Source: an uncultured Coriobacteriia bacterium (lineage in GTDB: Bacteria; Actinomycetota; Coriobacteriia; Coriobacteriales; QAMH01). Taken from it: DNA of 64,000 nucleotides. Made by a program: the position numbers and the translations under genes. Positions 20,895 to 30,861 of the stretch are shown piece after piece; the stretch's first letter is position 1; every line of letters starts with the position of its first letter. The DNA is taken from positions 1,448 through 65,447 of the forward strand of contig CATLBX010000002.1 in the NCBI GenBank assembly GCA_949879855.1, written 5' to 3'. The notes under the pieces were generated by a model that saw nothing but the letters and a program-made list of their open reading frames with translations, searched no databases and had not been told where the DNA came from.

Positions 20895-23228
20895 CTAGTA
20901 CCTCGCGAAGCGCTCCTGGCGCTGGGCGAGCAGCTCGTCGGGCGAGAGCTCGCTGAGCTCCTCGAGGGTTTCGTTCACGTAGGCGAAGACGACCTCTGCC
21001 GCCTGCTCGGGATTCTCGTGCGCCGCACCTTCGCCCTCGGGCAGCACCGCATCCACGATGCCCAGCTCGAAGACGTCGTTGGCGCTCATACCCATGACTT
21101 CCGCCGCTTCGGGCGCGCGCGATCCGTCCTTCCAGAGAATCGACGCGAAGCCTTCGGGGGACAGCACCGAATACACCGCGTGCTGCTGCATGGCCACGCG
21201 GTTGGCGAGCGCGAGCGCAAGTGCGCCGCCGCTGCCGCCCTCGCCGAGCAGGACGCTCACGACCGGCACATGCAGACTTGCCATGAGCTCGAGGTTCTCG
21301 GCAATGGCATTGCCCTGACCGCGCTCCTCGGCCTCCATGCCGCAAAACGCGCCTTGGGTGTCGACCAGGCATACGATGGGACGGCCAAACTTCTCGGCCT
21401 GGCGCATGAGGCGCGCCGTCTTGCGATAGCCTTCCGGCTGCGGACAGCCGAAGTTGCGCTTGATGCGCTCGGGCAGCGTCGCACCCTTCTCCTGCGCGAT
21501 GATGGTGACGGGGCGTCCGTTGATGCGGCCCAGACCGGCGACGATGGCCTTGTCATCGGCAAACTCGCGATCGCCGTGCAACTCGAGGAACGACGGCGAG
21601 AGCACCTTGATGTAGGAGCTCGCCGTGGGACGATGGGTGTTGCGGGCAATCTGCACGCTCGCCCAGGCGCTTCCGGGCGCGGGCTCGGCCACGCCATCGA
21701 CTTGCTCGGCGCCACGCTTGGCGCGGAACGGGAGCTTCTGGTTCACCTTGTCGATGCCGGCCTCGGCGCCCTTCCTGATGTTCTCGACGAAGGGCAGGCG
21801 GTCGATCTGGTCGCCAATCCACTTGCGCGCGGCATCGCCGACCTTCGCCTTGTCCTCGTCTTCGTATTGCTCGGCCTTGAACGAGCCGAACAGGGCGTTA
21901 TGATCGTTACCACGCCAGGGACGGTGAAACGCCACGCCGGCGCGTAGCACGTCTCGCAACTCCCCCCGCTCGACGATGGCGTCGATGAGGCCGTGGTCGA
22001 GGGCGAACTCCGCCGTCTGGAAGCCCTCGGGGAGGTCCTGCTTGATGGTGTCGCGGATGACGCGCTGCCCGGCAAAGCCGATGAGCGCGTTGGGCTCGGC
22101 CAAGATCATGTCGCCAAGCATGGCAAACGATGCGGTGACGCCACCGGTGGTGGGGTCGGTGAGCACGGAGATGTAGAGCAGCCCCGCGCGGTCGTGACGC
22201 TCCACGGCGCAGGAGGTCTTGGCCATCTGCATGAGCGAGGCCAAGCCCTCTTGCATGCGGGCACCGCCCGACGCGCAGAAGATGATGACCGGCAGCCCCT
22301 CCTCGGTGGCGCGGTCGAACAGGCGGCTCACCTTCTCGCCGACGAGCGTCCCCATGGAGCCCATGAGGAAGTCCGACTCCATGAAGCCGAAAGCCACGGG
22401 CAGGTCGCCGAGCATGCCGCGACCGGTGCGGACGGCCTCGTGCTTGCCGGTCCTCTCACGATACGAGGCGATCTTCTCGGCATAACCGGGAAAGCCGAGC
22501 GGATCGACGTCCTCGAGGTCGGTGTCCCACTCCTCGAAGGTCCCCTCGTCCACGATGAGCGCGATGCGCTCGTCGGATGTGAGGCGCGCGAGGGTATCGC
22601 ACGAAGGACACGCGTAATCGTTATCGACGAACTCCGCGTTGTCGAAGGTGAGCTTGCACTTGTGGCAGGTGCGCCAGCGGGTGGGCTGGGCCGCATCGGC
22701 ATCGCCCGACGGCTGGCATTCGACCCAGTTCTCGAAGGTCGTGTCGATGTCGAGCGTCTTGAACACGCGCAGGCCCGCATCGGCCGCACGCTGCAGAAAG
22801 CGGTTGTCGTCGGCAAGCGCGAGCGAGTCGGTGCCAAGCAAGATGCACTGCACCTGGGCGTCGTCGGCCGCCTTGAGAACGGCGTAGGCGTTGGTGAACA
22901 GCTTGCGCGTGGGCTTGTTGCCCAGCTCGACGGTCGTGTAGGCAAAGCGCGGGTTGCTATCGAGTCGCCAATCGCCCGTGAGCGGCATGACGCTCGCGAT
23001 GCCAGCGCCGTTGATGGCGTTGTGGGCTTGCTTGACGGGCTTGCCCTGCACCATGACCAGGGCCGACGGGCCCGTCACGGAGAGGCTGTCGTCCTCGTCC
23101 GCGGGAGCCGAGAGGTGAATCAGCCCCTTGTCGTGCATGTCCGAGGCGATCTCGAGGGCGATGCGGTCGAGTCGATAGACGACGTCGACGCCCTGGTTGT
23201 TTACGGTCTTGCTCGCTTGTTCTTCCAC
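20895..23228 (-). CDS. accDA: Fused acetyl-CoA carboxylase carboxyltransferase beta+alpha with extra N-terminal domain
   Basis: CHKC...CPSC zinc finger, MGSMG, SGGARMQEG, DPTTGGVTASFA; GCPQPEGYRK, GEGGSGGA, YSVLSPEG. Confidence 0.92.
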   Translation of the reverse strand: MEEQASKTVNNQGVDVVYRLDRIALEIASDMHDKGLIHLSAPADEDDSLSVTGPSALVMVQGKPVKQAHNAINGAGIASVMPLTGDWRLDSNPRFAYTTVELGNKPTRKLFTNAYAVLKAADDAQVQCILLGTDSLALADDNRFLQRAADAGLRVFKTLDIDTTFENWVECQPSGDADAAQPTRWRTCHKCKLTFDNAEFVDNDYACPSCDTLARLTSDERIALIVDEGTFEEWDTDLEDVDPLGFPGYAEKIASYRERTGKHEAVRTGRGMLGDLPVAFGFMESDFLMGSMGTLVGEKVSRLFDRATEEGLPVIIFCASGGARMQEGLASLMQMAKTSCAVERHDRAGLLYISVLTDPTTGGVTASFAMLGDMILAEPNALIGFAGQRVIRDTIKQDLPEGFQTAEFALDHGLIDAIVERGELRDVLRAGVAFHRPWRGNDHNALFGSFKAEQYEDEDKAKVGDAARKWIGDQIDRLPFVENIRKGAEAGIDKVNQKLPFRAKRGAEQVDGVAEPAPGSAWASVQIARNTHRPTASSYIKVLSPSFLELHGDREFADDKAIVAGLGRINGRPVTIIAQEKGATLPERIKRNFGCPQPEGYRKTARLMRQAEKFGRPIVCLVDTQGAFCGMEAEERGQGNAIAENLELMASLHVPVVSVLLGEGGSGGALALALANRVAMQQHAVYSVLSPEGFASILWKDGSRAPEAAEVMGMSANDVFELGIVDAVLPEGEGAAHENPEQAAEVVFAYVNETLEELSELSPDELLAQRQERFARY

Positions 23229-23252
23229 GTCAACACTCCGTTAGCAGCTTTG

Positions 23253-23708
23253 CTACGCAACCTGTTCGGCGGTAGCAAGCACGTACTTCTGGGTTGCGGT
23301 CGCGCATACGGTGTCACCGACCGAAGCCTTGACCTCAGCGACGCACAGGCGACGCGACGACTTCACGATGGTAGCCTCGAGCGTCACCGTATCGCCGGGA
23401 CGCACCTGGTTGCGGAACTTCGCGTTGTCGATGCCCGCGAAGAAGCCGAGCGCCCCTTCGGCATCGCGCGCGACCAGGATGGAGAACGAGGCCGCCTGAG
23501 CCAGCGCCTCCATGATGATGACGCCCGGCAGCACGGGGTAATCGGGGAAATGGCCCTCGAAGAGCGGCAGGTCGGGCGATACGTCGAGTTCCGCCTTGAC
23601 CGAGACGCCGGGCTCGCACTCGAGCACGCGGCTCACCCACACGAAGGGATCGCGATGGGGCAGCACGGACTCGATGACGTCACGTCCCGCGGGATAGCTG
23701 ATTTCCAT
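23253..23708 (-). CDS. fabZ: 3-hydroxyacyl-ACP dehydratase
   Basis: LPHRDPF, FEGHFPDYPVLPGVIIMEALAQ. Confidence 0.96.
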   Translation of the reverse strand: MEISYPAGRDVIESVLPHRDPFVWVSRVLECEPGVSVKAELDVSPDLPLFEGHFPDYPVLPGVIIMEALAQAASFSILVARDAEGALGFFAGIDNAKFRNQVRPGDTVTLEATIVKSSRRLCVAEVKASVGDTVCATATQKYVLATAEQVA

Positions 23709-23723
23709 GACTCTTCCTTTCAA

Positions 23724-23756
23724 AATGAGACAAATACCCTGTGTATTTGTCTCATT
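23724..23756. repeat. Family A REP; contains the fabF stop
   Basis: Perfect copy; TCA at 23752-23754 is the fabF TGA. Confidence 0.95.
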
Positions 23757-25038
23757 CGTAGGGGCTGAAGGCGAGGGTCGCGTTGTGACCGCCGAAGCCG
23801 AGCGAGTTGGAGAGCGCGACCTTCTGCGGCGTGTTCTCGAGAGGCTCGACGACGACGTTGACGGCGCACTCGGGGTCGGCCTCGGCAAAGCCGGCCGTGG
23901 GCGGAACGCAATCGCGGGCAACCGAGAGCGCGCAGACGATGGCCTCGACGGCACCGGCCGCACCGAGCGTGTGGCCCGTCGTGCCCTTGATGGAGGTCAC
24001 CGGAATCTTCGCGGCGAGCTCGTCGTCATCGCACAGCGCGTAGAGCGCGATCGACTCGGTCTTGTCATTGGCGGGCGTGCCCGTGCCATGGGCGTTGACG
24101 TGGCCGATGTCGGCGGGCGTGAAACCGCCCTCCTCGAGCGCCTGGCGCATGGAGCGCACGATGCCGGCGCCCTCGGGGTCGGGGGCCGTCATGTGGTAGG
24201 CGTCGCCGGTCGAGCCGTAGCCGGTTATCTCGGCGAGGGGCGTCGCGCCACGCTTGAGCGCATGTTCAAGTGATTCGATGACGAGCGCACCAGCGCCTTC
24301 ACCGGCGACGAAGCCCTTGCGGCGCACGTCGAAGGGAAGGGATGCCTGCGTGGGATCCTCGGTCTTGGAGAGCGCGCCGAGATTGGTGAAGCCGGCGATG
24401 CAGATGGGCGACACCGACTCCTCGGAACCACCGACGAGCGCGGCGTCGGCATAGCCGTGGCGAATGGCGTGAACGGCCTCGCCGATGTTATGCGCACCGG
24501 TCGCGCAGGCCGTGACCACGTTGATGCAGGCGCCATGGATACCGTAGCGGATGGCGAGGTTGCCGGCGGCGATGTTGCCGATCATGGTGGGGACGAACAG
24601 CGGGCTCACGCGCTTGGGGCCCTTGTCGGAAAGCGTCTCGAAGCCCTTCTGCAGCTCGTCGATGCCGCCGATGCCCGTGCCGAAGGCGATGGCGACGCGC
24701 GTGGAGTCGACCTCGTCCATGTTCAGGCCAGCCTGAGCCATGGCCTCGTCGGCCGCGACCATGGCGTACTGGACGAAACGCTCGAAGCGGCGGGCCTCCT
24801 TCTTGGAGAGGCCGTGCTCGGTGGCGTCGAAGTCACGCACCTCGCCGGCGTTGTGGACCTCGTATTCGGAGGTGTCGAAACGCTCGATAGGTGCGATGCA
24901 GCACTGCTTGCCCATGACCGCATCCCAGAGCGCGTCCACACCGACACCGGCCGGTGAGACGGCGCCCATGCCCGTGATGACGACGCGTTGCGTGCCATCG
25001 GGACGGCGTAGGTTCATGTTCTCGTTTGTCGTGCTCAT
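23752..25038 (-). CDS. fabF: 3-oxoacyl-ACP synthase II
   Basis: VVITGMG, TACATG, DAYHMT, NAHGTGT, KGTTGHTLGAAG, NSLGFGGHN. Confidence 0.96.
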   Translation of the reverse strand: MSTTNENMNLRRPDGTQRVVITGMGAVSPAGVGVDALWDAVMGKQCCIAPIERFDTSEYEVHNAGEVRDFDATEHGLSKKEARRFERFVQYAMVAADEAMAQAGLNMDEVDSTRVAIAFGTGIGGIDELQKGFETLSDKGPKRVSPLFVPTMIGNIAAGNLAIRYGIHGACINVVTACATGAHNIGEAVHAIRHGYADAALVGGSEESVSPICIAGFTNLGALSKTEDPTQASLPFDVRRKGFVAGEGAGALVIESLEHALKRGATPLAEITGYGSTGDAYHMTAPDPEGAGIVRSMRQALEEGGFTPADIGHVNAHGTGTPANDKTESIALYALCDDDELAAKIPVTSIKGTTGHTLGAAGAVEAIVCALSVARDCVPPTAGFAEADPECAVNVVVEPLENTPQKVALSNSLGFGGHNATLAFSPYE

Positions 25039-25796
25039 AGGGAAAGTCCTCCGTCGATGCTGATTACCTGGCCGGTGATGTAGGATGCCGCGGGGCTTGC
25101 CAGGAAGGCCACGAGGTCGGCCACGTCCGCGGCCTCGCCCAGACGGCCAAGGCCGATCTGGGACGTGATGGCTTCCTTCTGCTGGTCGTTCAGGGCATCG
25201 GTCATGTCGGTCGCGATGAAACCGGGGGCAACGGCGTTGACCCTGATGCTGCGACGCGCGAGCTCCTTGGCGAGCGACTTGGTGAGGCCGATGACGCCGG
25301 CCTTGGAGGCCGCATAGTTGGCCTGGCCCGCGTTGCCCGCGATGCCGACGATGCTGCTCATGTTAACGATCGCGCCACTGCGCTGCTTCATCATGTACTT
25401 GGCCGCGGCCTTGCAACAATTGAAGGTGCCCTTGAGGTTCACGTCGATGACGGCGTCGAAGTCGTCCTCGCCCATGCGGGCGATGAGGCCGTCGCGCGTG
25501 ATGCCGGCGTTGTTGACCAGCACGTCAATGCGGCCGAGCTCGGCCACCGTCTCGTCCACGAGCGCCTTGGCGGCATCGGCATTCGCAACGTTTGCCACGA
25601 CGACCAGCGTGCGCACGCCGTAATCGTTGGCAATCTGCTCGGCAGCCTGGGTGGTGCGCTCGAAGCTCGACTCGCTCGAGCAGTTGAGGCACACGTCGTG
25701 GCCGCCTGCGGCAAGCGCCTGCGCACAGGCAAGGCCAATGCCACGGCCTGAGCCGGTGACAAGGGCGACGGGGGCGGCCTGATCGGTGTTACTCAT
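25035..25796 (-). CDS. fabG: 3-oxoacyl-ACP reductase
   Basis: TGSGRGIG, NNAGITRD, NYAASKAG; fab operon context. Confidence 0.96.
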   Translation of the reverse strand: MSNTDQAAPVALVTGSGRGIGLACAQALAAGGHDVCLNCSSESSFERTTQAAEQIANDYGVRTLVVVANVANADAAKALVDETVAELGRIDVLVNNAGITRDGLIARMGEDDFDAVIDVNLKGTFNCCKAAAKYMMKQRSGAIVNMSSIVGIAGNAGQANYAASKAGVIGLTKSLAKELARRSIRVNAVAPGFIATDMTDALNDQQKEAITSQIGLGRLGEAADVADLVAFLASPAASYITGQVISIDGGLSL

Positions 25797-26757
25797 CGCT
25801 TTCCCTCCACGATTGTTCGAGCTCCTCGAAGCTCGGTCTATCTTGCACGCAGCTGCGCTTGGCCTCCTTGTCGATGCGACGCACGAGGCCGCTCAGCACA
25901 CCGCCGAAGCCGACCTCGATGAAGGTGTCCGCGCCGGCCTGCCCGAGCGCCTCGACGCTCTGCTGGAAGCGCACCGGATGCGTGAGATGATCGACCAGAT
26001 GCTGGTGCACGCTCGTCGCGTCGAGCGGCTTGGCGTCGGTGTTGCAGATCACGGGAATGGACGGCTCCTTGAAGTCGACCGTCGCAAGGTATTCCGCAAA
26101 GGGCTCGCACGCCGACTCCATGAGCGGGCTGTGAAACGCGCCCTGCGTGGCCAGGCGACTGAGCTTGCCACCCTGTTCCTTCCAGGCCTCCTCCGCACGC
26201 TCGATAGCCTCGACGCTACCGGCCACGACAATCTGGCCGGGGCAGTTGTAGTTGGCGGGCGCGAGCACGTCGCCTTGGGCACATTGCTCGCACAGCGCCG
26301 TGACGCTTTCCTCGTCGCCCTTGAGCAGCGCGGTCATCGCGCCGGGATGGGAGCGGGCCGCCTCGTCCATGACGCGCGAGCGCACCTCGATGAGGCGGAA
26401 GGCCTCCTCGTCGGTGAGCATGTCGGCGAGCGCGAGAGCGCTGATCTGGCCGAGCGAGAAGCCGAGCAGTGCGTCGGGCGTGATGCCGCGGGTCATGAGA
26501 GCGCGGCCGATGCCGATGGAGAGCGCGGCGATGGCGACCTGTGCGTTGCGCGTCTCGTTGAGCTGCGCCTGCGCCTCGTCGCCCTCGCTGTTGACGAGCG
26601 CGGCGATGTCGCGGCCGAACACGTCGGATGCGCATTCGAGCGAGGCCTTCACCTCGGGCACGCCAAAGAGCGAGACGCCCATGCCGGGCTTCTGCGAGCC
26701 CTGGCCCGAGGCCATGAACACGGTCTTCACGGGACCGATTCCTTCGAGTTGATCCAT
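25789..26757 (-). CDS. fabD: Malonyl-CoA:ACP transacylase
   Basis: GQGSQ, GFSLGQ, AFHSPLM. Confidence 0.94.
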   Translation of the reverse strand: MDQLEGIGPVKTVFMASGQGSQKPGMGVSLFGVPEVKASLECASDVFGRDIAALVNSEGDEAQAQLNETRNAQVAIAALSIGIGRALMTRGITPDALLGFSLGQISALALADMLTDEEAFRLIEVRSRVMDEAARSHPGAMTALLKGDEESVTALCEQCAQGDVLAPANYNCPGQIVVAGSVEAIERAEEAWKEQGGKLSRLATQGAFHSPLMESACEPFAEYLATVDFKEPSIPVICNTDAKPLDATSVHQHLVDHLTHPVRFQQSVEALGQAGADTFIEVGFGGVLSGLVRRIDKEAKRSCVQDRPSFEELEQSWRESDE

Positions 26758-26770
26758 GATGCTCGTCTTC

Positions 26771-27754
26771 CTAAACGTCAGCGTCTTCCAGGCAGCGACC
26801 CTGGCGAGCGTTGAGCTCGGCCATCGCGGCAAGGTCGAGCGCGCCAAGCGTCTCGGCCTCGGCCATGAGCTCGGCGATGAGCTCGCGTGCCGTGCCGCGC
26901 TTCTTCACGATTGCGGCAATCTGACCGGCGAGGATGGAGCCGTTCTCCATGTCGCCCTCAACTGCACGTTTGAGCGAACCTGCATACATGCCCTCGAGGT
27001 CTTCGGGGTTGCTGCACTCCATCTCGCGCTTGCGACAAGCGCGGGCGAACTTGTTCTTGAGGCCGCGCACGGGATGACCCGTACCGCGCCCGGTCACGAT
27101 GGTGTCGGAATCCTTGGCGCCGAGCACCTTCTCCTTCCACGGGTCGCAGACAGTGCACTCCTCGATGGTGAGGAAGCGCGTGCCCATCTGCACGCCCTCG
27201 GCACCGAGCGCGAACGCCGCGCAGATGCCGCGACCGTCGGCGATGCCGCCGGCGGCGATGACGGGGATGGAGACGGCCTCGCGCACGGACGGCACGAGTG
27301 CCATCGTGGTGAGCTCACCGACGTGACCGCCGGATTCGGTGCCCTCGGCGACCACGGCGTCGACGCCCAGTCGCTCCATGCGGCGGGCCTGCGCCGTCGT
27401 GGCGATGACGGGGATGACCTTGATGCCCGCCTCGCGCCACAGGGGCAGGTACTCGACGGGGCTGCCGGCGCCCGTGGTGACAACCTTGACGCCGAGCTCG
27501 ACCATGAGCTTGGCGACCTCGGGGGCGAGCGGGTCCATGAGCATGACGTTGCAGCCGAAGGGCTTGCTCGTCTGGGCCTGGGCCTGCTTGACCTGGTCGG
27601 CAATCCAATCGAGCTTGGCACCGCCGCAGGCGATGATGCCCAGGCCGCCGGCCTCGCTGACCGCAGCGGCAAGGGACGCGTCCGCGACGCGCGCCATGCC
27701 GCCTTGGATGATGGGCGCTTCGATGCCCAGCAGTTCAGTTACTCTCGTCTTCAT
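26771..27754 (-). CDS. fabK: Enoyl-ACP reductase FabK
   Basis: PIIQGGM, EGTESGGHVG, IAAGGIADG, QMGTRF. Confidence 0.93.
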   Translation of the reverse strand: MKTRVTELLGIEAPIIQGGMARVADASLAAAVSEAGGLGIIACGGAKLDWIADQVKQAQAQTSKPFGCNVMLMDPLAPEVAKLMVELGVKVVTTGAGSPVEYLPLWREAGIKVIPVIATTAQARRMERLGVDAVVAEGTESGGHVGELTTMALVPSVREAVSIPVIAAGGIADGRGICAAFALGAEGVQMGTRFLTIEECTVCDPWKEKVLGAKDSDTIVTGRGTGHPVRGLKNKFARACRKREMECSNPEDLEGMYAGSLKRAVEGDMENGSILAGQIAAIVKKRGTARELIAELMAEAETLGALDLAAMAELNARQGRCLEDADV

Positions 27755-27767
27755 GAAGCGCGTCGAC

Positions 27768-27989
27768 CTACTTCAGGGAGTCGATGTGGGCGACGATGTC
27801 GCCGATGGTCTTCAGATCGCCCGGCTCGCCAAAGTCAATCTCGCACTTGTCCTCGATGTCGCAGACGAGCTCGACCATATCGAGCGAGTCAATGCCCAGA
27901 TCCTCGATGACGGCATCTTCGGTGATAGCCTCCGGATCGAGATCCTGATTCTCGACCAGCACCTCGCGAACGATGTCGATTGTAGCCAT
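27768..27989 (-). CDS. acpP: Acyl carrier protein
   Basis: DLGIDSLDMVEL. Confidence 0.95.
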   Translation of the reverse strand: MATIDIVREVLVENQDLDPEAITEDAVIEDLGIDSLDMVELVCDIEDKCEIDFGEPGDLKTIGDIVAHIDSLK

Positions 27990-28181
27990 GACGGTTCCTT
28001 TCACACGTGTCTAACTTTCGAGCGCGATAATTGTAGACGAAGTTCACGCACGCAAGCCACAATGGAAAATCTTGCGCAAACATAGGTGGGCATGTCCCGT
28101 GAGCGGGAGACATGCATTAAGATTGTCACGCATTGTCCCGCTTGAAGCGGGACGTCGGGCTATCAGCAAGGAGATGCGGTA

Positions 28182-29255
28182 ATGGGATGCAAGATCGTCG
28201 GACATGGTAAAGCCCTACCGGAGCTCATCGTGAGCAATGACGACATGGCGAAAGTCGTCGACACCAGCGACGAGTGGATCGTCGAGCGCACGGGCATCCA
28301 CAACCGCCGCATCGCCGTGGAAGAAACGACCACGAGCCTTGGTACGGATGCGGCACGCAACGCCCTTGCCGACGCTGGCCTCGCAGCCGATGATATCGAC
28401 CTCATCGTCTGCATGACCATCTCGGCTGACGCCGTGGTGCCCTCCCAGGCCGCCCTCGTCAAGATGCAGCTGGGCGCGAACAACGCCGTCGCCTTTGACC
28501 TGAACGCCGCGTGCACGGGATGCATCTACGGCATGGACGTGGCCTCCACGATGATCGAGGCATCGGTTGCCAGCGAGGACGGAAGTGGCATCGGGCATAG
28601 GCGCAACGCGATGCGCCGTGCGCTCGTCGTGGGTGCCGAGCGCCTCTCGCGCATCGTCGACTGGACCGACCGCGCCACCTGCGTGCTCTTTGGCGATGGC
28701 GCCGGTGCCGTCGTGCTCGAGTGGGACGACAACGCGCCGGGCATCATGGCGAGCGTCCTGAAGAACACCGACGACGAGGCGCTGTGTCTGACCGTCGACG
28801 CGAACCACGACCTGCGCACCTTCCCCTTTGGCGATGGCGTGCGCATGGAGAGCCTGGGCGAGGTCATGGACATCCGCAACGACGACGGCGAGTTCTGGCC
28901 GCAGCTGCCCTGCATCCGAATGCACGGCCAGCGCGTCTTCAAGTTTGCCACGGCCGCCATCGTGGAGGCAGGCCGCGAGGTGTGCGAGCGCGCGGGCATC
29001 AAATTCGAGGACGTTGCCTGCGTCGTCCCCCACCAGGCCAACGACCGCATCATCCGCTTCGCGGCCAAGAAGCTCGGCGTGCCCTACGAGCGTTGGCAGG
29101 TCTCCATCGGCGAGACCGGCAACACGAGCGCGTCGAGCGTGCTCATGGCGCTGCATGATGCCTACGAGTCCGGGCGCATCCAGCCGGGCGACTACGTGAT
29201 GTGCGTGGGCTTTGGTGGCGGCCTCACAAGCGGCGCGCTGGTGTTCGAAGCGTAG
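28182..29255 (+). CDS. fabH: 3-oxoacyl-ACP synthase III
   Basis: WIVERTGI, AACTG, FGDGAGA, PHQAN, GNTSASS, GFGGGLT. Confidence 0.96.
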   Translation: MGCKIVGHGKALPELIVSNDDMAKVVDTSDEWIVERTGIHNRRIAVEETTTSLGTDAARNALADAGLAADDIDLIVCMTISADAVVPSQAALVKMQLGANNAVAFDLNAACTGCIYGMDVASTMIEASVASEDGSGIGHRRNAMRRALVVGAERLSRIVDWTDRATCVLFGDGAGAVVLEWDDNAPGIMASVLKNTDDEALCLTVDANHDLRTFPFGDGVRMESLGEVMDIRNDDGEFWPQLPCIRMHGQRVFKFATAAIVEAGREVCERAGIKFEDVACVVPHQANDRIIRFAAKKLGVPYERWQVSIGETGNTSASSVLMALHDAYESGRIQPGDYVMCVGFGGGLTSGALVFEA

Positions 29256-29279
29256 GGGACTGACGAGAAGTCGCAACCA

Positions 29280-29312
29280 AACAAAAATGTTCAGCGACTG
29301 AACATTTTTGTT
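29280..29312. terminator. Perfect AT-rich hairpin after fabH, at the left edge of the accessory islet
   Basis: AACAAAAATGTTCAG-CGA-CTGAACATTTTTGTT. Confidence 0.55.
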
Positions 29313-29367
29313 CAATGACTGAAATAAATTTGTTCAGTCGATAAGAGTCCTCTTCTGACCAGGGAAA

Positions 29368-29428
29368 TGCGGCGATTAGCACCTTATTCGCCGCACATTT
29401 TGCGGTGATTATCTTGCTATTCGCCGCA
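29368..29428. promoter_or_regulatory. Two tandem 28-bp palindromes upstream of the Fic gene (candidate operators)
   Basis: TGCGGCGA-N12-TCGCCGCA (29368-29395) and TGCGGTGA-N12-TCGCCGCA (29401-29428). Confidence 0.55.
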
Positions 29429-29448
29429 TCGACATCTAAAATCCTCGT

Positions 29449-30861
29449 ATGTACCTATACGAAGAACAGGACTGGACCAGCTTCACATGGGATGACGAGG
29501 TCATTATCCCGCTGCTTTCCAGCGTGCGTTTTCTGCAGGGCTCCTTTCTGGCGCGCATCGAATCCCTTGGTTTCGAAACAAGTTCGCAGATAGAAGTCGT
29601 TGCCGTCTCGAATGAGGTCGTCGCTTCCTCGCAAATCGAGGGTGTCAAATTCGATACCGAGGAAGTGCGCTCGTCGGTGGCCAGGAATTTGGGAATCGAT
29701 CGCCCTGGTGCTCCAAAACCAACAGCCGCCGTGGACGGAGCAGTCTCAATCATCATTAACGCGACGCAAGATTACGAAAAGCCCCTAACCTACGAACGCC
29801 TCTGCGCTTGGCATGAGGCGCTGTTCCCCGCTGGCTATGGCGAGCTTTACAAGATTGACGTTGGGCAATATCGCAAAGGTCCCATGAGCGTGGTGAGCGG
29901 CTCCATCGGACATGAGAAGACGCATTACGAGGCTCCCGCGGCAGGTCGTGTTCCTGCCCTTATGGAGGATTTCCTCGAGTGGTTCAATGACGGCGGCATG
30001 GAGCCCCTAATCAAGGCGGCGATTGCGCACCTCTGGTTCCTGACAATCCATCCTTTCGATGACGGAAACGGCCGCATTGCCCGCGCGATTACCGAAATGC
30101 TGCTAGCGCGTTCCGATCATAGTTCACGCAGATACTACAGTCTCGCTTCTCACATCCTTGCACACAGGAAGGACTATTACGTTGCAATTGAGACAGCCGA
30201 AAAGGGATCTAGCGACGTGACCACCTGGATAGCCTGGTTCCTCAAGGCGCTACATGGCGCACTGGAGGAGAGCGAGGCATCAGTATCCGAAGTGCTTCAA
30301 CGGGATGCATGGTGGCATAGGGCAGCAGGCATAAAGCTCAACAAACGCCAGAAAAAGATGCTCCAACTTCTGCTGGATGATTTTCAGGGCAAGCTCACAT
30401 CCGGAAAGTGGGCGAAGATCTGCAAGGTCTCGAGCGACACGGCCCTGCGTGATATCAATGATCTTGTTAAGAAGGGTCTCCTCAAACGCGACGAGAGCCG
30501 CGGCGGAAGAAGCACGTCGTATTTGCTGGTTTCGGAAAATGGGGTGGTGGCTAACACGTCGTTGACTCAACAGCGTGTTATTAAGTCAATCGCCGACATA
30601 GCCGCACGCTTTCCGGGAATCGAACGCGCGTGGTTGTTTGGCTCTTTCGCGCGAAACCAGCAAACACCGGATAGCGACATAGATATCAGGCTTGAGCTCA
30701 AGAAGAACGCGAGGTTTAACCTGCATGACCTCGCCTCCTTCTCTAAAATGATAGAGCAGGCGACTGGCAAAGAGTGCGACGTGATCACATCGCGAACGAT
30801 AAAGAGCGAGTCGCTTGCACAGGCTATCGAACGAGACGGAGTATGTGCGTATGAGCGCTAA
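29449..30861 (+). CDS. DUF4172-Fic-wHTH protein fused to a C-terminal minimal nucleotidyltransferase (MNT)
   Basis: HPFDDGNGRIAR; CKVSSDTALRDI wHTH; then AWLFGSFARNQQTPDSDIDI. Confidence 0.85.
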   Translation: MYLYEEQDWTSFTWDDEVIIPLLSSVRFLQGSFLARIESLGFETSSQIEVVAVSNEVVASSQIEGVKFDTEEVRSSVARNLGIDRPGAPKPTAAVDGAVSIIINATQDYEKPLTYERLCAWHEALFPAGYGELYKIDVGQYRKGPMSVVSGSIGHEKTHYEAPAAGRVPALMEDFLEWFNDGGMEPLIKAAIAHLWFLTIHPFDDGNGRIARAITEMLLARSDHSSRRYYSLASHILAHRKDYYVAIETAEKGSSDVTTWIAWFLKALHGALEESEASVSEVLQRDAWWHRAAGIKLNKRQKKMLQLLLDDFQGKLTSGKWAKICKVSSDTALRDINDLVKKGLLKRDESRGGRSTSYLLVSENGVVANTSLTQQRVIKSIADIAARFPGIERAWLFGSFARNQQTPDSDIDIRLELKKNARFNLHDLASFSKMIEQATGKECDVITSRTIKSESLAQAIERDGVCAYER

